Shown here one piece after another: positions 10,401 to 18,675 of a DNA stretch of 64,000 nt. The first letter of the stretch is position 1; the number at the start of each line of letters is the position of its first letter. The stretch is taken from assembly GCA_016927995.1 (NCBI GenBank), contig JAFGLO010000004.1:64955-128954 (forward strand). Reading direction: 5' to 3'. The position numbers were made by a program, and so were the translations under genes. Source of the DNA: Candidatus Dojkabacteria bacterium (GTDB lineage: Bacteria > Patescibacteriota > Dojkabacteria > JAFGLO01). The notes under the pieces were generated by a model. It made no database searches. It saw only the letters and a program-made list of their open reading frames with translations, and was not told where the DNA came from.

Positions 10401-10521
10401 ATGGACAACCAACATGACAATTAGCGATATGACATCCGGTGCATGGTACACGATTTATGCTGTTGCAAAGGCTGGTGTTGAAACATTTGAAAGTGCCGCA
10501 TACAATTATCAAATACCTTAA
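7477..10521 (+). CDS. Class A penicillin-binding protein (transglycosylase/transpeptidase, PBP1A-like) with about 250-aa C-terminal extension
   Basis: GT51 motifs (EDKDFYEH, RGSSTISQQLVRN), transpeptidase SAVK (SxxK), SRN and KTGTT motifs, and an N-terminal TM anchor. The C-terminal about 250 aa has no recognisable motif. Confidence 0.9.
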   Translation: MVTFSVSTTKKQPKRKTPPKRRSVMNIGYSKYRRRIKGVHLSKDAQTWIKRVGTAAVVIFGVIGIIGAIVLMIFLRNVKKDLPNPGEIWNRNIAEATRIYDRNMNLLYTTFGDQNREYVSLDQIPNVTRAAVLSAEDKDFYEHSGVDWTGLVAAFYDNFRSGKIVRGSSTISQQLVRNTILLDYLGEKAYEQSYLRKIKEILITLELENQLTKDEILELYMNEIPLGGTVYGFQAAAQSYFGKDVSQLTLAESALLAGIIKAPSYYSPLFGFAPEEAIAQKDMVLDLMEKNLTKLNERYGITQEDIDEARLQQITYNPKPIDIKSPHFVLWVRQLLVEMYGAEVVEQGGLTVITSLDYDMQQIAQEEIRVAIDGTGTEVGFREQYNVNNGAMVVLDPQTGEILVMVGSYDYWTIDDPRVDGNVNVTLSPRQMGSAVKPITYLTAFEQGYSPSTLAPDISWSFGAAYQPKNWDGRYDGIIPMRDALLRSRNLPALYTSELVGVHNFVATAERLGISTLNDVSNYGVSITLGTAEMKLLELTNAYAAFASGGIQHEPVPILKVLDKKDNVIYEADLGDSYRVINEQEAYLLNWVLCNESNTTRPMKELYTIGGQRLCGKTGTTDGPRDLTSFLYYPKLVVGVWAGNNNNEVTCGYRYADGTCRGQQGWSTTVPLPIAHSYLQRVIGRFDKAWITRPGNIVEKRVCMDTGLPAGENTACPTETFVFNADSLPDNDDSHKTYPICRVNGLIATNESEARQMGLIDDIMYVDYKLVNTNHDNEWHKWLTDHRDTIAGMLGKNIADVRYAFELPAEATCPLGLGGNNEPVVAFSSPVEGQEVIAETNLRIAFTTISLDPIVSAQIFFDSTLVGTGDINSNSADITYLVPSGTTTGNHIVRVVVRDSADRVTEATRTVSVRQPRNIFLSVSVVNGFSSSVKELQANLSGADIGDVNSVTFYVYNSSNTLVKTLSGEISSVSLWTTNMTISDMTSGAWYTIYAVAKAGVETFESAAYNYQIP

Positions 10522-10714
10522 TATTTGATATAATCTACCGCGTTGATCCAAGACAAATGCCACTTGGGGAGCAAGGGAACGTTGGCTTTTCCTTAAGGTA
10601 AGTCGGGTAGGTCTTTTGTACCTAACAAGTCTTTTGGGGGTGACTTCAAAAGAAAACGGAGGTGGTACCACCTTTAAAAAGGTCCTCCGGTGTTTAAATT
10701 GTTAGGTTTTTGTT
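10522..10714 (+). promoter_or_regulatory. alaS 5' leader: candidate T-box-like attenuator
   Basis: A TATAAT sits at 10531-10536. A hairpin CCAAG-acaaatGCCAc-CTTGG (10548-10567) has the Ala codon GCC followed by A in its loop. AGGTGGTACCACC at 10660-10672 resembles the T-box consensus AGGGUGGNACCGCG. A terminator-like stem CGGAGG...CCTCCG spans 10657-10689 and is followed by a U-rich tract. Confidence 0.3.
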
Positions 10715-12646
10715 ATGTTAACATCCGATCAAATCAGACAAAAATGGATATCTTACTGGACTTCTGCTCCACGTAAGCACAAGGAAATTCCGGCAGTTTC
10801 ACTTGTACCCGAAAACAATCCCACACTATTGTTTGTGAATTCCGGAATGTTTCCGTTAACGGAGTATTTGGCAGGTAAAAAACATCCGCTTGGAACAAGA
10901 CTTTGTAATATTCAACGGTCATTGCGTACGTCCTATGATGATTGGATGGAAATTGGTGATAATAGGCATACTCTTATGTTTGAAATGGTTGGAAATTGGT
11001 CACTTAACGACTATTTTAAGAAGGAGCAAATTCCGTGGATTATGGACTTTTTAGTAGATGAATTAGGGATTGACCCCAGTAGGTTATATGTTTCCGTTTG
11101 GGGTGGTGACGACTTGGTTCCAAGAGACGACGAGGCTGTTACCTTGTGGAAAAATGTATTTAAAAAGCATTGTATTACTGCAGAATTTTGTGAAAACAAA
11201 TCAAACTTACCTAAAGATCTTGTTGCCGGAAAAACACATACTGCTCGTATTTTTCCATATGATCGTAAAAAAAACTGGTGGCAGCGAGGGGAAGCTTCCG
11301 GTGAACTAGGTGGATCTACTTCCGAAATTTTTTATGACATGGGCAAGATAGAACGGGAGCAAGACGAATACCATATTAATGATGACTCCGGCAGGTTTGT
11401 GGAGATTGGGAACAGTGTTTTTATGGAATATAGGCTTGATGATGCCATGAATTGGACCCCATTGGGTAAGCAAAATGTTGACTTTGGAGGCGGACTTGAG
11501 CGAATTTGCATGGTTGTACAAGGAAAGAAAGATATTTTTGAAACCGACATATTCAGGCCGATTATTGAAAAGTTGGAAGAGGTTAGTGGCAAAAAATACA
11601 AGGACAACGAAGAGGAAAACGCTAATACACGATATTTCAGAATTCTTGCTGATCATGGAAGGGCTTCTGTTTTCTTGATTGCCGACGGAGTTTTACCTTC
11701 AAACAAGGACCAGGGTTATATTCTTAGGCGGTTTATTAGAAGACTTGTGGTTGTTGGGAAAAAATTAGGAATCGATAAAGAGTTTGCAGGCAAAGTTGCC
11801 GAAGCGGTCATTGACAGAATGAAAACTCCTTATCCTTTTTTAGAGTCACAGCGTGGTCATATTTTAGACGTAATTCGTGAGGAAGAGGGTAAGTTTAGAA
11901 GGACGATTGATAAGGCTGTAAAACAGTTGACAAGTTGGGCAAAAGAGATAAAAGGTGTGGATAATATAACTGGTGAGAAATTGTTTTATTTTAAGGAGAC
12001 GTATGGTTTGCCGGTTGAACTTATAATAGAGGAAGTTGGTAACCACATGAAATTTCGTGGGGTTATCTTTATGGATTCCGATGTTAAGAAGCTACTTTCG
12101 GAATTTAAAGCTGCAGAATTGGCTCATCGTGAAAAGTCACGCATTGGTGCTTCTCAAAAGTTTAAAGGTGGGCTTGCAGACGCATCCGAAATAACCACGA
12201 TGTATCATACAACTACCCATATTCTTTTAAAGGCATTGCAAGTAGTCCTGGGTGATCATGTGCACCAAAAGGGTAGTAACATTACGGCAGAGCGGTTGCG
12301 GTTTGATTTTAGTCACCCTGAAGCATTAACCGATGATCAGGTTACAAGGGTAGAGGAACTTGTAAATAAAGCAATTTCGGGCAATCTAAAAATGACTAAG
12401 GAAGAGATGTCTTTAACCGATGCTCGTGAAGTAGGTGCCGAAGGTGTGTTTGATGATAGGTACGGTGAAAAGGTGTCAGTTTACACACTTCTAGACGAAA
12501 CAACGGGGGAAGTTTTTTCCAAAGAAATTTGCGGCGGTCCTCATGTAGAAAATACTAACGAAATTGCAAAGCAAGGTAAGTTCAGGATTTTAAAGCAGGA
12601 AAATATTGGCGCTGGTAGTAGGAGAATTAAAGCGGTAGTTAATTAA
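10715..12646 (+). CDS. alaS: Alanine--tRNA ligase, short form without the C-terminal C-Ala domain
   Basis: N-terminal class II AlaRS core (NPTLLFVNSGMFPL) and an editing domain with HTTTHILL...H and CGGPHV motifs. It is only 643 aa. Confidence 0.88.
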   Translation: MLTSDQIRQKWISYWTSAPRKHKEIPAVSLVPENNPTLLFVNSGMFPLTEYLAGKKHPLGTRLCNIQRSLRTSYDDWMEIGDNRHTLMFEMVGNWSLNDYFKKEQIPWIMDFLVDELGIDPSRLYVSVWGGDDLVPRDDEAVTLWKNVFKKHCITAEFCENKSNLPKDLVAGKTHTARIFPYDRKKNWWQRGEASGELGGSTSEIFYDMGKIEREQDEYHINDDSGRFVEIGNSVFMEYRLDDAMNWTPLGKQNVDFGGGLERICMVVQGKKDIFETDIFRPIIEKLEEVSGKKYKDNEEENANTRYFRILADHGRASVFLIADGVLPSNKDQGYILRRFIRRLVVVGKKLGIDKEFAGKVAEAVIDRMKTPYPFLESQRGHILDVIREEEGKFRRTIDKAVKQLTSWAKEIKGVDNITGEKLFYFKETYGLPVELIIEEVGNHMKFRGVIFMDSDVKKLLSEFKAAELAHREKSRIGASQKFKGGLADASEITTMYHTTTHILLKALQVVLGDHVHQKGSNITAERLRFDFSHPEALTDDQVTRVEELVNKAISGNLKMTKEEMSLTDAREVGAEGVFDDRYGEKVSVYTLLDETTGEVFSKEICGGPHVENTNEIAKQGKFRILKQENIGAGSRRIKAVVN

Positions 12647-14579
12647 CAGTTTCCTCATGGTATACGACATGAATTTTTCCATTCACTACCATTACGTAGT
12701 AAATCTTAAGGTTAGTTCTATCTGGTAATTCAGGTAGACTTTCAGCACTGAACGTCGCTATATAGCTGCTGCCGTCATATTGGAACTTGGGTATAAAATA
12801 CTTATCGTTAATTAGTACTCCAAGGAATTTACAGCTTGAATCTGTTACTGAACAGGTTGCAGGGACCGATAGTTTATAATGTCCATCTTCTGTATATCTC
12901 AAGAATAGATTAGGCATATCTTTATAGTCATCAGTGACTGCGATAGGTTTATCATAATCCCCAAATTGTCCAGACCCTGGAGTCCAACCTTCATTGAATG
13001 TATCAGGTATTGGAACAGGAGTTTGGGTCGGGATAGGTGTATTTGTTGGGATAGGTGTCTTTGTTGGGGTAGGTGTAGGCGTAGGAACAGGTTGGGGTGG
13101 TATTATGTTTATTTCCTGGGGTCTTACTTTTCCTGGTGCGATTCCATTTTGAGTTTGGGCATTCCAAGTAGCAAGTGGTATTCCCCACGGGGTGATCAGA
13201 ATGTAATATGCGTCTACACCTTCGCCAAGCTTAAGAATGTATGTTCGGTAGGAGTGTATGCATAATGGATCGATAGAATCTCTGGGTCGACTTGCCGTTG
13301 TGCCCTCAGGCAATATAACCAGTTTACGATCAATCGGAAATTTTCCGTTGTTTTTTTCTGCTGGTACTTCAATTGTATGTGATGCATCATAATCAAATAC
13401 GATCTGTCTATCATTGTCTACAGCTACGGAGCTAGGCATATAAAAAGTTATTTGAACATTGCAAGGAACAGTGATATCTATATTTTCCGGGATATCTACG
13501 GATTCTTCGGAAAAAATATTAACGACCTGTGTTCTCCACCCCCAGTCGGATGTACAATCAGGGACCTTTGTTCTATTAAGAAGAACGTTGAAAGCATTTA
13601 CTAGATCAGGATTGATTGTCCATTGGTCCTGTGCTACTTTGCAATTTCCAGAAGGGGGTATAAATTCCACTAAACCATTATGTAAGGGTCTTTGTATTGC
13701 GCAAACACAATTGTGTTGTGTAAAAACAATTCTAGAGTTGTCTTGGTCGTATAAGCGTAATCGTTTATTTACTTCCCAAAGGTTTAGTTCAGAGTAGTCA
13801 ATAAAGTGTGTCCCGATATAAAATAAGTAATGCATCAACTCATGCAGGTATTGATAGAAAATAGGTTTTGGAAAGTAGTCCATTGAGAATTCTGGATACA
13901 TAGAGATTTCTGCCCAAGGTTTCCAATCCTTTGTAATAGGGAATGTTCCGTAAGTATGATTAAATTTTGAAAAGTATGTACAGATCCTTATTTTGTCAGG
14001 GTTATCTGTTTGATGCATAAATTCTTCAGTACAGATAACTATATCGGTTAACTGAATAGGCTGGATTGATCTTATTGGTACTCCGGATCTTTCAAGAATA
14101 TTCATCATTTCCTGTTGTTGGAAAAGCAAAAAATTGATAAGTGTGTTTTGAGGATTTTCTGAATCTTGAAATTGACTTGTATATTCTCCTAATACCGAAT
14201 AAGGATCGCTTTGCCAGGTATCCCAAGCTTCTTTGGAGACATATAGCATATAATTTCTGAATGAATTGTCAGAATCTCTGTTTTTGAGTGGATCAGATAA
14301 AATGGAATTCAGTTCTTCTTCGCTTGAAACCGGATGGTCAAGACAATGAATTTTAAGCTCCTGAGAAGCTTCAGCTAAGGACTCGGAAGTAATGGATATC
14401 TGTTCTGAAGGTACTGGAGTAGCAATAGGTGTACTTGTTGGAGATGTCGGAGGTGTGGTAGGTGTAGTCGGTTGCTCATCTGGTGGAATAATTTGCGGTG
14501 TTATTTTACAAGCACTCAGCAAAGGTAATACCAATAAGCTCCCAATTCCTTTTAGTGCGTTTCTTCTTCCTTCATCCAT
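12639..14579 (-). CDS. Putative secreted zinc metalloprotease lipoprotein with Pro/Thr-rich linkers
   Basis: An HELMH (HExxH) motif is present. Two PT-rich linkers are present (PTTPTTPPTSPTSTP and PTPTPTPTKTPIPTNTPIPTQTP). The N-terminus MDEGRRNALKGIGSLLVLPLLSAC has a twin-arginine-like motif and a lipobox (LSAC). The ORF extends to 14678, but the start at 14579 is preferred. Confidence 0.6.
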   Translation of the reverse strand: MDEGRRNALKGIGSLLVLPLLSACKITPQIIPPDEQPTTPTTPPTSPTSTPIATPVPSEQISITSESLAEASQELKIHCLDHPVSSEEELNSILSDPLKNRDSDNSFRNYMLYVSKEAWDTWQSDPYSVLGEYTSQFQDSENPQNTLINFLLFQQQEMMNILERSGVPIRSIQPIQLTDIVICTEEFMHQTDNPDKIRICTYFSKFNHTYGTFPITKDWKPWAEISMYPEFSMDYFPKPIFYQYLHELMHYLFYIGTHFIDYSELNLWEVNKRLRLYDQDNSRIVFTQHNCVCAIQRPLHNGLVEFIPPSGNCKVAQDQWTINPDLVNAFNVLLNRTKVPDCTSDWGWRTQVVNIFSEESVDIPENIDITVPCNVQITFYMPSSVAVDNDRQIVFDYDASHTIEVPAEKNNGKFPIDRKLVILPEGTTASRPRDSIDPLCIHSYRTYILKLGEGVDAYYILITPWGIPLATWNAQTQNGIAPGKVRPQEINIIPPQPVPTPTPTPTKTPIPTNTPIPTQTPVPIPDTFNEGWTPGSGQFGDYDKPIAVTDDYKDMPNLFLRYTEDGHYKLSVPATCSVTDSSCKFLGVLINDKYFIPKFQYDGSSYIATFSAESLPELPDRTNLKIYYVMVVNGKIHVVYHEETVN

Positions 14580-14670
14580 GGTTACATTTACATATTTTGT
14601 TAGCACCGAACGTATATTATAACGTATTTGTGTCATAGAAAACAGCTTAAAGCCGTGGTAGAATAAATAC

Positions 14671-15558
14671 ATGAGCACAAAAGGTCAATTGGTACAAACC
14701 TTCACAGAAGATGACTTACAGTTAAGTGCATTTTTTGTGGAAGGGGATAAAACTAAACCTGCAATTATTCATGTTCACGGGTTTGAGGGCGATTTCTTTT
14801 CAAATAAATTTGTACATGCGATTGGTGACACGGTTTCCTCAGATGGCAATGCTTATCTAACATGCCAAACTCGAGGCATGGGTATGGCTACAGAGTTTCA
14901 TACAGCAACTCCCGAAGTTGGTCGAAATATTGGTGGTGATTACGAGCGCTTAGAAGAGGCTCACTACGATATTAGTGCATGGATTAAGTTTCTTTTAGAG
15001 CTTGGCTACAAATCAGTTATTTTACAAGGGCATTCTTTAGGAACTATAAAGATTGTAAGATATATGTCAGAAGGAAAATATGCAGATAGAGTAAAAGCAC
15101 TGATTTTGCTTTGTCCTTTTGATAAAACTGCTGGGTCAGATATCTATACTAAAGGTAAGTTGAAAGAATATGTAGAAACGACAAGGAAAAAGGTTAGAGA
15201 AGGTAAGGGCAGAGACATTATTCCTTCGGAGTACGACCCATCTGATTCTTCTTATCAAACGTTTCTTTCCTGGTATGATGATACAAATCTTGGCAGAATG
15301 TTTGACTTTTATAATAAAGAGTACGAGTTTCCTGTGCTAAAGGCATTGAACCTCCCTGTACATGTAATTGTTGGGTCTAAAGATGAGTACTTTGCACCAG
15401 GGCAAGAAGGCAAGTTTTCAGAAGTTCTTAAATTTATGCTTTCAAAACTTAAAAATGGAACTGGCAAACTAATTGAAGGTGCAACGCACGGTTTTGGCGG
15501 GTACGAGGATATGGCTGCTAAAAGTGTTATAGAATTTGTGGGTTCAGTTGACAACTAA
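14671..15558 (+). CDS. Alpha/beta-hydrolase fold protein (esterase/lipase-like)
   Basis: It carries a GHSLGT nucleophile elbow (GxSxG) and HVHGFEG. It is 295 aa. Confidence 0.75.
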   Translation: MSTKGQLVQTFTEDDLQLSAFFVEGDKTKPAIIHVHGFEGDFFSNKFVHAIGDTVSSDGNAYLTCQTRGMGMATEFHTATPEVGRNIGGDYERLEEAHYDISAWIKFLLELGYKSVILQGHSLGTIKIVRYMSEGKYADRVKALILLCPFDKTAGSDIYTKGKLKEYVETTRKKVREGKGRDIIPSEYDPSDSSYQTFLSWYDDTNLGRMFDFYNKEYEFPVLKALNLPVHVIVGSKDEYFAPGQEGKFSEVLKFMLSKLKNGTGKLIEGATHGFGGYEDMAAKSVIEFVGSVDN

Positions 15559-15920
15559 TTGTCGCTATAGTACGAAGTGAGGTCAGGTCTACGAGGTTAG
15601 CTAGACTATTCGACAAGAATATCTTTATCCAAATCCCAAACTTCATGTATTTTTACCAGTACCGCAACAACTGGAGCCGGAGGAGAACTTCTTTTTATCA
15701 TATTATATTTTCTGATTCGATGAGTGTGAGAAACGTCGCGGCACAGTTCAGTGATAGGCGACATTTTCTGTTCTCGCCTTAGGTTTAAAACCAGAGTATA
15801 AAATCAATTCCTTCTAAACATAATGATCTATCGCTGGTCGTAGAATTCTGTTCTCTTTTGTGATAACTCAGAGGTTACAGAACTTGAACCTTCCCGAAGC
15901 CTTATACTATAGTACAATGG

Positions 15921-17450
15921 GTGGTGTATAATTGTTGTTTCTGTATTATTACATTTATTTATTCAATGGTAGACAGTTTAAATCGAGCTACAGCTGAAAC
16001 AGGAAATGGCACTACACCCTACCTGCCGGAGGAAGAAGACAGACCTACCCAAGGAGACGGTCGCTTATCGAGAAGACAGTTTGGTATGTGGCTACTTAGA
16101 GCCCTGGTCGGTGTGACGGTTTCTGCTTGTAGCCGTACTTCCCAAGTGTTTGTTGAGCAGCAGCCTGTCCAGAAAAGTGCTGGCACAACAGCAACACCGA
16201 TCTCTGAGGTATCCCCAACTTCAATGAGCACAGTAGATGTAGCAAAGGCGCCGGCACCTCGTGCGCATATTGATGAGGAAACCGGACGCGTTATTTTGCA
16301 TGAAGAAGTTTTTCAAGCTATAGAAGCCATGTCTGAGTCTGAGCTTATTGGCGCAATTCGTAATATCAATGAAGTATATGAAACCGATCCGCGTTTTGCT
16401 GGTTTGGGTGTTTTGGATGGGCAGAATAAATCAAGGACTGAAACCGATCCAATGCATTACAAAGAACTTGGCATACCGGTAGGATTACTGGCATTACAGG
16501 CATGTTTTGGTACCAGGCTTGCAGAGGTTCATTACAAGGATATTGTCGGCGTAAGAGCTAGAAGCTTTGTAAGAGATATAGATCTTTTTGCATCAAATTA
16601 TGATCTGGCGATCACGGCAAACAGGATTGTGAGATACTCCCCTCTTGTTTATGATATGTTGGATCATAAGAATATGACACTTGGAGGAATTACGTATTTT
16701 GAAGAAGATTCGAGTGGAAGCATGAATTTCAGGCCGAGAGTATTGATTTCTCTTCAAAATATCAGTCACCTGATTGATCCTTTTCTTCGTGCTGCCCAGG
16801 TAGGTCTTGATGAAGCCGTTGAGTCATTCAAGCAGATGCCGAATTTTCTTGAAGATATGAAAGTCGTGGGAGCTGACATTTTTAGAGGCAAATATGCCGG
16901 GAAATTCATTAAAGGATTTCAAGGTTTCCGGCCAGTTCTTTGCGACACGACTGATTGCAAATATTTCACTAACGTAATTTACAGAAATGTTGATGAGTAT
17001 TTTACGTCCTGGCTGACAAGGTTTGAAATTGCTGGAGATAATGAAATTGAAGAGCTAGCGTACCAGTGCGAATGCCAGTATGATTTCGGGTCAATGGTTG
17101 TTGATTATTTAATGGATAAGGTTGGAATCACTAGAGAAGAAGTGATGGGTATATTATTTACTGGTGGAGGATCTATGGGCATGCAGGACCTTATATTCGA
17201 GAGACTTGGGATAAATCCTGGATTGTTGGATTTAAATGATTCCCGGAGGTGGGTGCTATGGGATATTATCGATGAGTCGGCAAACTCAGTCTGGGCAGCT
17301 CAAGCAGAAAAACTCCCGGATCTCGGCTCTGGTGTTGCCTTAACTGCGGATATGTTTCTTCGGGCCATGAAAGAAGCGGTTCAAGAGCAATATGATATTT
17401 TAACTCAGAGAATCGATGAACATTTGGCGGAGCTTAGTAGAATAAGTTAG
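15921..17450 (+). CDS. Hypothetical exported protein with a Tat-type signal; probable foreign gene
   Basis: 509 aa. It has SRRQFGMWLLRALVGVTVSAC, a twin-arginine motif followed by a hydrophobic region and a Cys. Local GC is visibly higher than in neighbouring genes. No catalytic motif is recognised. The true start is probably downstream of 15921. Confidence 0.55.
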   Translation: MVYNCCFCIITFIYSMVDSLNRATAETGNGTTPYLPEEEDRPTQGDGRLSRRQFGMWLLRALVGVTVSACSRTSQVFVEQQPVQKSAGTTATPISEVSPTSMSTVDVAKAPAPRAHIDEETGRVILHEEVFQAIEAMSESELIGAIRNINEVYETDPRFAGLGVLDGQNKSRTETDPMHYKELGIPVGLLALQACFGTRLAEVHYKDIVGVRARSFVRDIDLFASNYDLAITANRIVRYSPLVYDMLDHKNMTLGGITYFEEDSSGSMNFRPRVLISLQNISHLIDPFLRAAQVGLDEAVESFKQMPNFLEDMKVVGADIFRGKYAGKFIKGFQGFRPVLCDTTDCKYFTNVIYRNVDEYFTSWLTRFEIAGDNEIEELAYQCECQYDFGSMVVDYLMDKVGITREEVMGILFTGGGSMGMQDLIFERLGINPGLLDLNDSRRWVLWDIIDESANSVWAAQAEKLPDLGSGVALTADMFLRAMKEAVQEQYDILTQRIDEHLAELSRIS

Positions 17451-17544
17451 TGGAAAATTAATAGATGGGGCACATCATAGCTTTGTCGGGTATGAAGACC
17501 AAGTCGCTAAAAGTGTTAAGGATTTTGTAGCATCAGTGGGTTGA
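17446..17544 (+). pseudogene. 3' remnant of a second alpha/beta-hydrolase paralog
   Basis: It translates to VSGKLIDGAHHSFVGYEDQVAKSVKDFVASVG*, which closely matches the C-terminus GKLIEGATHGFGGYEDMAAKSVIEFVGSVDN* of the hydrolase at 14671-15558. It directly abuts the stop of the 509-aa ORF. Confidence 0.6.
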
Positions 17545-18090
17545 GTAATCTATTTGCTCGTGGCCGGTAATTGGTAAAGCTAACCCGGTAAGATTTGGAT
17601 TTTTACGTTTCTTTAGGTGCTTGTCTGTATATAGAGCCATGTTTTTGCCAACGTAATTTAGCTTTACTTCATGGACGGTATGTCCAAGCTTTTCCGCATA
17701 CTCGATTAGTGATTTTCTCCAGTTTATTCCGTTTGGCACCGTGCAAGTGTAAACCAATTATTAGATCGTAATTTTTTACATCTTCTGGTTCAAAGTTTCG
17801 GGTGATTCTATTAATGCAATCTCGCTCTTCCGGAAGAAGTTTCTTTCTTTTATGATTTAAGTCCCTAAATTTCCAGGGAAGTTCCTGCCAAAGCGGATCA
17901 ATTACAGTTGAGCCCAGCCGGCTTGGGTAAGAAAGTAGCTAAGAAGCCCTTTTCCGCTGCCCACATCGGCAGCTTTGCAAGGTTCATACATTTCAATTAA
18001 CCATTTGGCCCAAAGTTGAAACCTAAACTTTTTAGGGCGTCGAAGGCTAGTTGATTTCGTGGATTTGAGCTTCATCTTTCTCTGAGTCAT
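17533..18090 (-). pseudogene. Frameshifted class I SAM-dependent methyltransferase
   Basis: Motif I DVGSGKGLLSYF lies in one frame. A motif IV-like YDLIIGLHLHG and the C-terminal part lie in two other frames. Three ORF fragments cover the region. Confidence 0.4.
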
Positions 18091-18098
18091 ATATCAAA

Positions 18099-18116
18099 GT
18101 CAAGTCAACTTGACTA
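18099..18116. repeat. Perfect palindrome AGTCAAGTCAACTTGACT
   Basis: 7-bp inverted arms lie between the divergent pseudogene and the ORF at 18169. This is a possible operator or recombination site. Confidence 0.5.
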
Positions 18117-18130
18117 GATTTTACCAGAAA
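18113..18130. repeat. Direct repeat ACTAGATTTTACCAGAAA, left copy
   Basis: The same 18 to 19-mer (ACTAGAATTTTACCAGAAA) recurs at 19065-19083, immediately outside the partial tRNA copy. The pair brackets about 960 bp. Confidence 0.55.
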
Positions 18131-18168
18131 TAATTAGGGAATATCGTGATAAGCCGTATCCTGAAGTT

Positions 18169-18432
18169 TTGACAAGGCAAGAGATTGAATTAAAGTTAAG
18201 TCTTGTAAACAGATTGACGGACGGTCAAAGTGCTTTGCCGATTGAAAGATTGGCAAAGCGTAGACAAAAACAATATGAAAAGCAACTCGAAAAGTTTTCA
18301 AGCTATTCAGACGACCAAATATTGGAACAACATACTAAAACAGTTAACAAGGAAAGAGCTATGAGAGAGAAAATGGTAGCCAAAATCAAACGAACATGGG
18401 AAGCCGGTACGAGTGTGTCATTAGATGTCTAA
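18169..18432 (+). CDS. Hypothetical small basic/helical protein, 87 aa, TTG start
   Basis: ORF only; no motifs. It lies in the tRNA-Pro mosaic region. Confidence 0.3.
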   Translation: MTRQEIELKLSLVNRLTDGQSALPIERLAKRRQKQYEKQLEKFSSYSDDQILEQHTKTVNKERAMREKMVAKIKRTWEAGTSVSLDV

Positions 18433-18439
18433 ATAGATA

Positions 18440-18601
18440 AAACACTCAAATCGGGGCGATGCCCACTTCGGGGTATCCTCCCCGCTTTGGTATTTTGACT
18501 GCACTTTGTTTGTCAAAACACTCAAATCGGGGCGATGCCCGTAAAGGGTATCACCCCCGCTATCGCATTTTGTCTGCACTTTGTTTGTCAAAACACTCAA
18601 A
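18440..18601. repeat. About 76-bp tandem repeat, 2.2 copies, each carrying a decayed tRNA-Pro 3'-end copy (att-like)
   Basis: Units start at about 18440, 18516 and 18590. Each begins AAACACTCAAATCGGGGCGATGCCC. The third unit runs into the genuine tRNA 3' end (ATCGGGGCGACACG...). Confidence 0.7.
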
Positions 18602-18675
18602 TCGGGGCGACACGACTTGAACGTGCGACCTCATGACCCCCAGCCATGCGTTCTAGCCAACTGAACTACGCCCCG
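18602..18675 (-). tRNA. tRNA-Pro (anticodon GGG)
   Basis: Manual cloverleaf fold: acceptor CGGGGCG/CGCCCCG with A73; D stem GTTC/GAAC; anticodon stem CATGG/TCATG with loop CTGGGGG; T stem GCACG/CGTGT with loop TTCAAGT. No encoded CCA. Confidence 0.85.

Noticed and set aside
15563-15919. 11-nt direct repeat CTATAGTACRA at both ends of the hydrolase / 509-aa-gene intergenic region
   Set aside because: It is too short and AT-rich to separate a target-site duplication from chance. Not reported as a feature.
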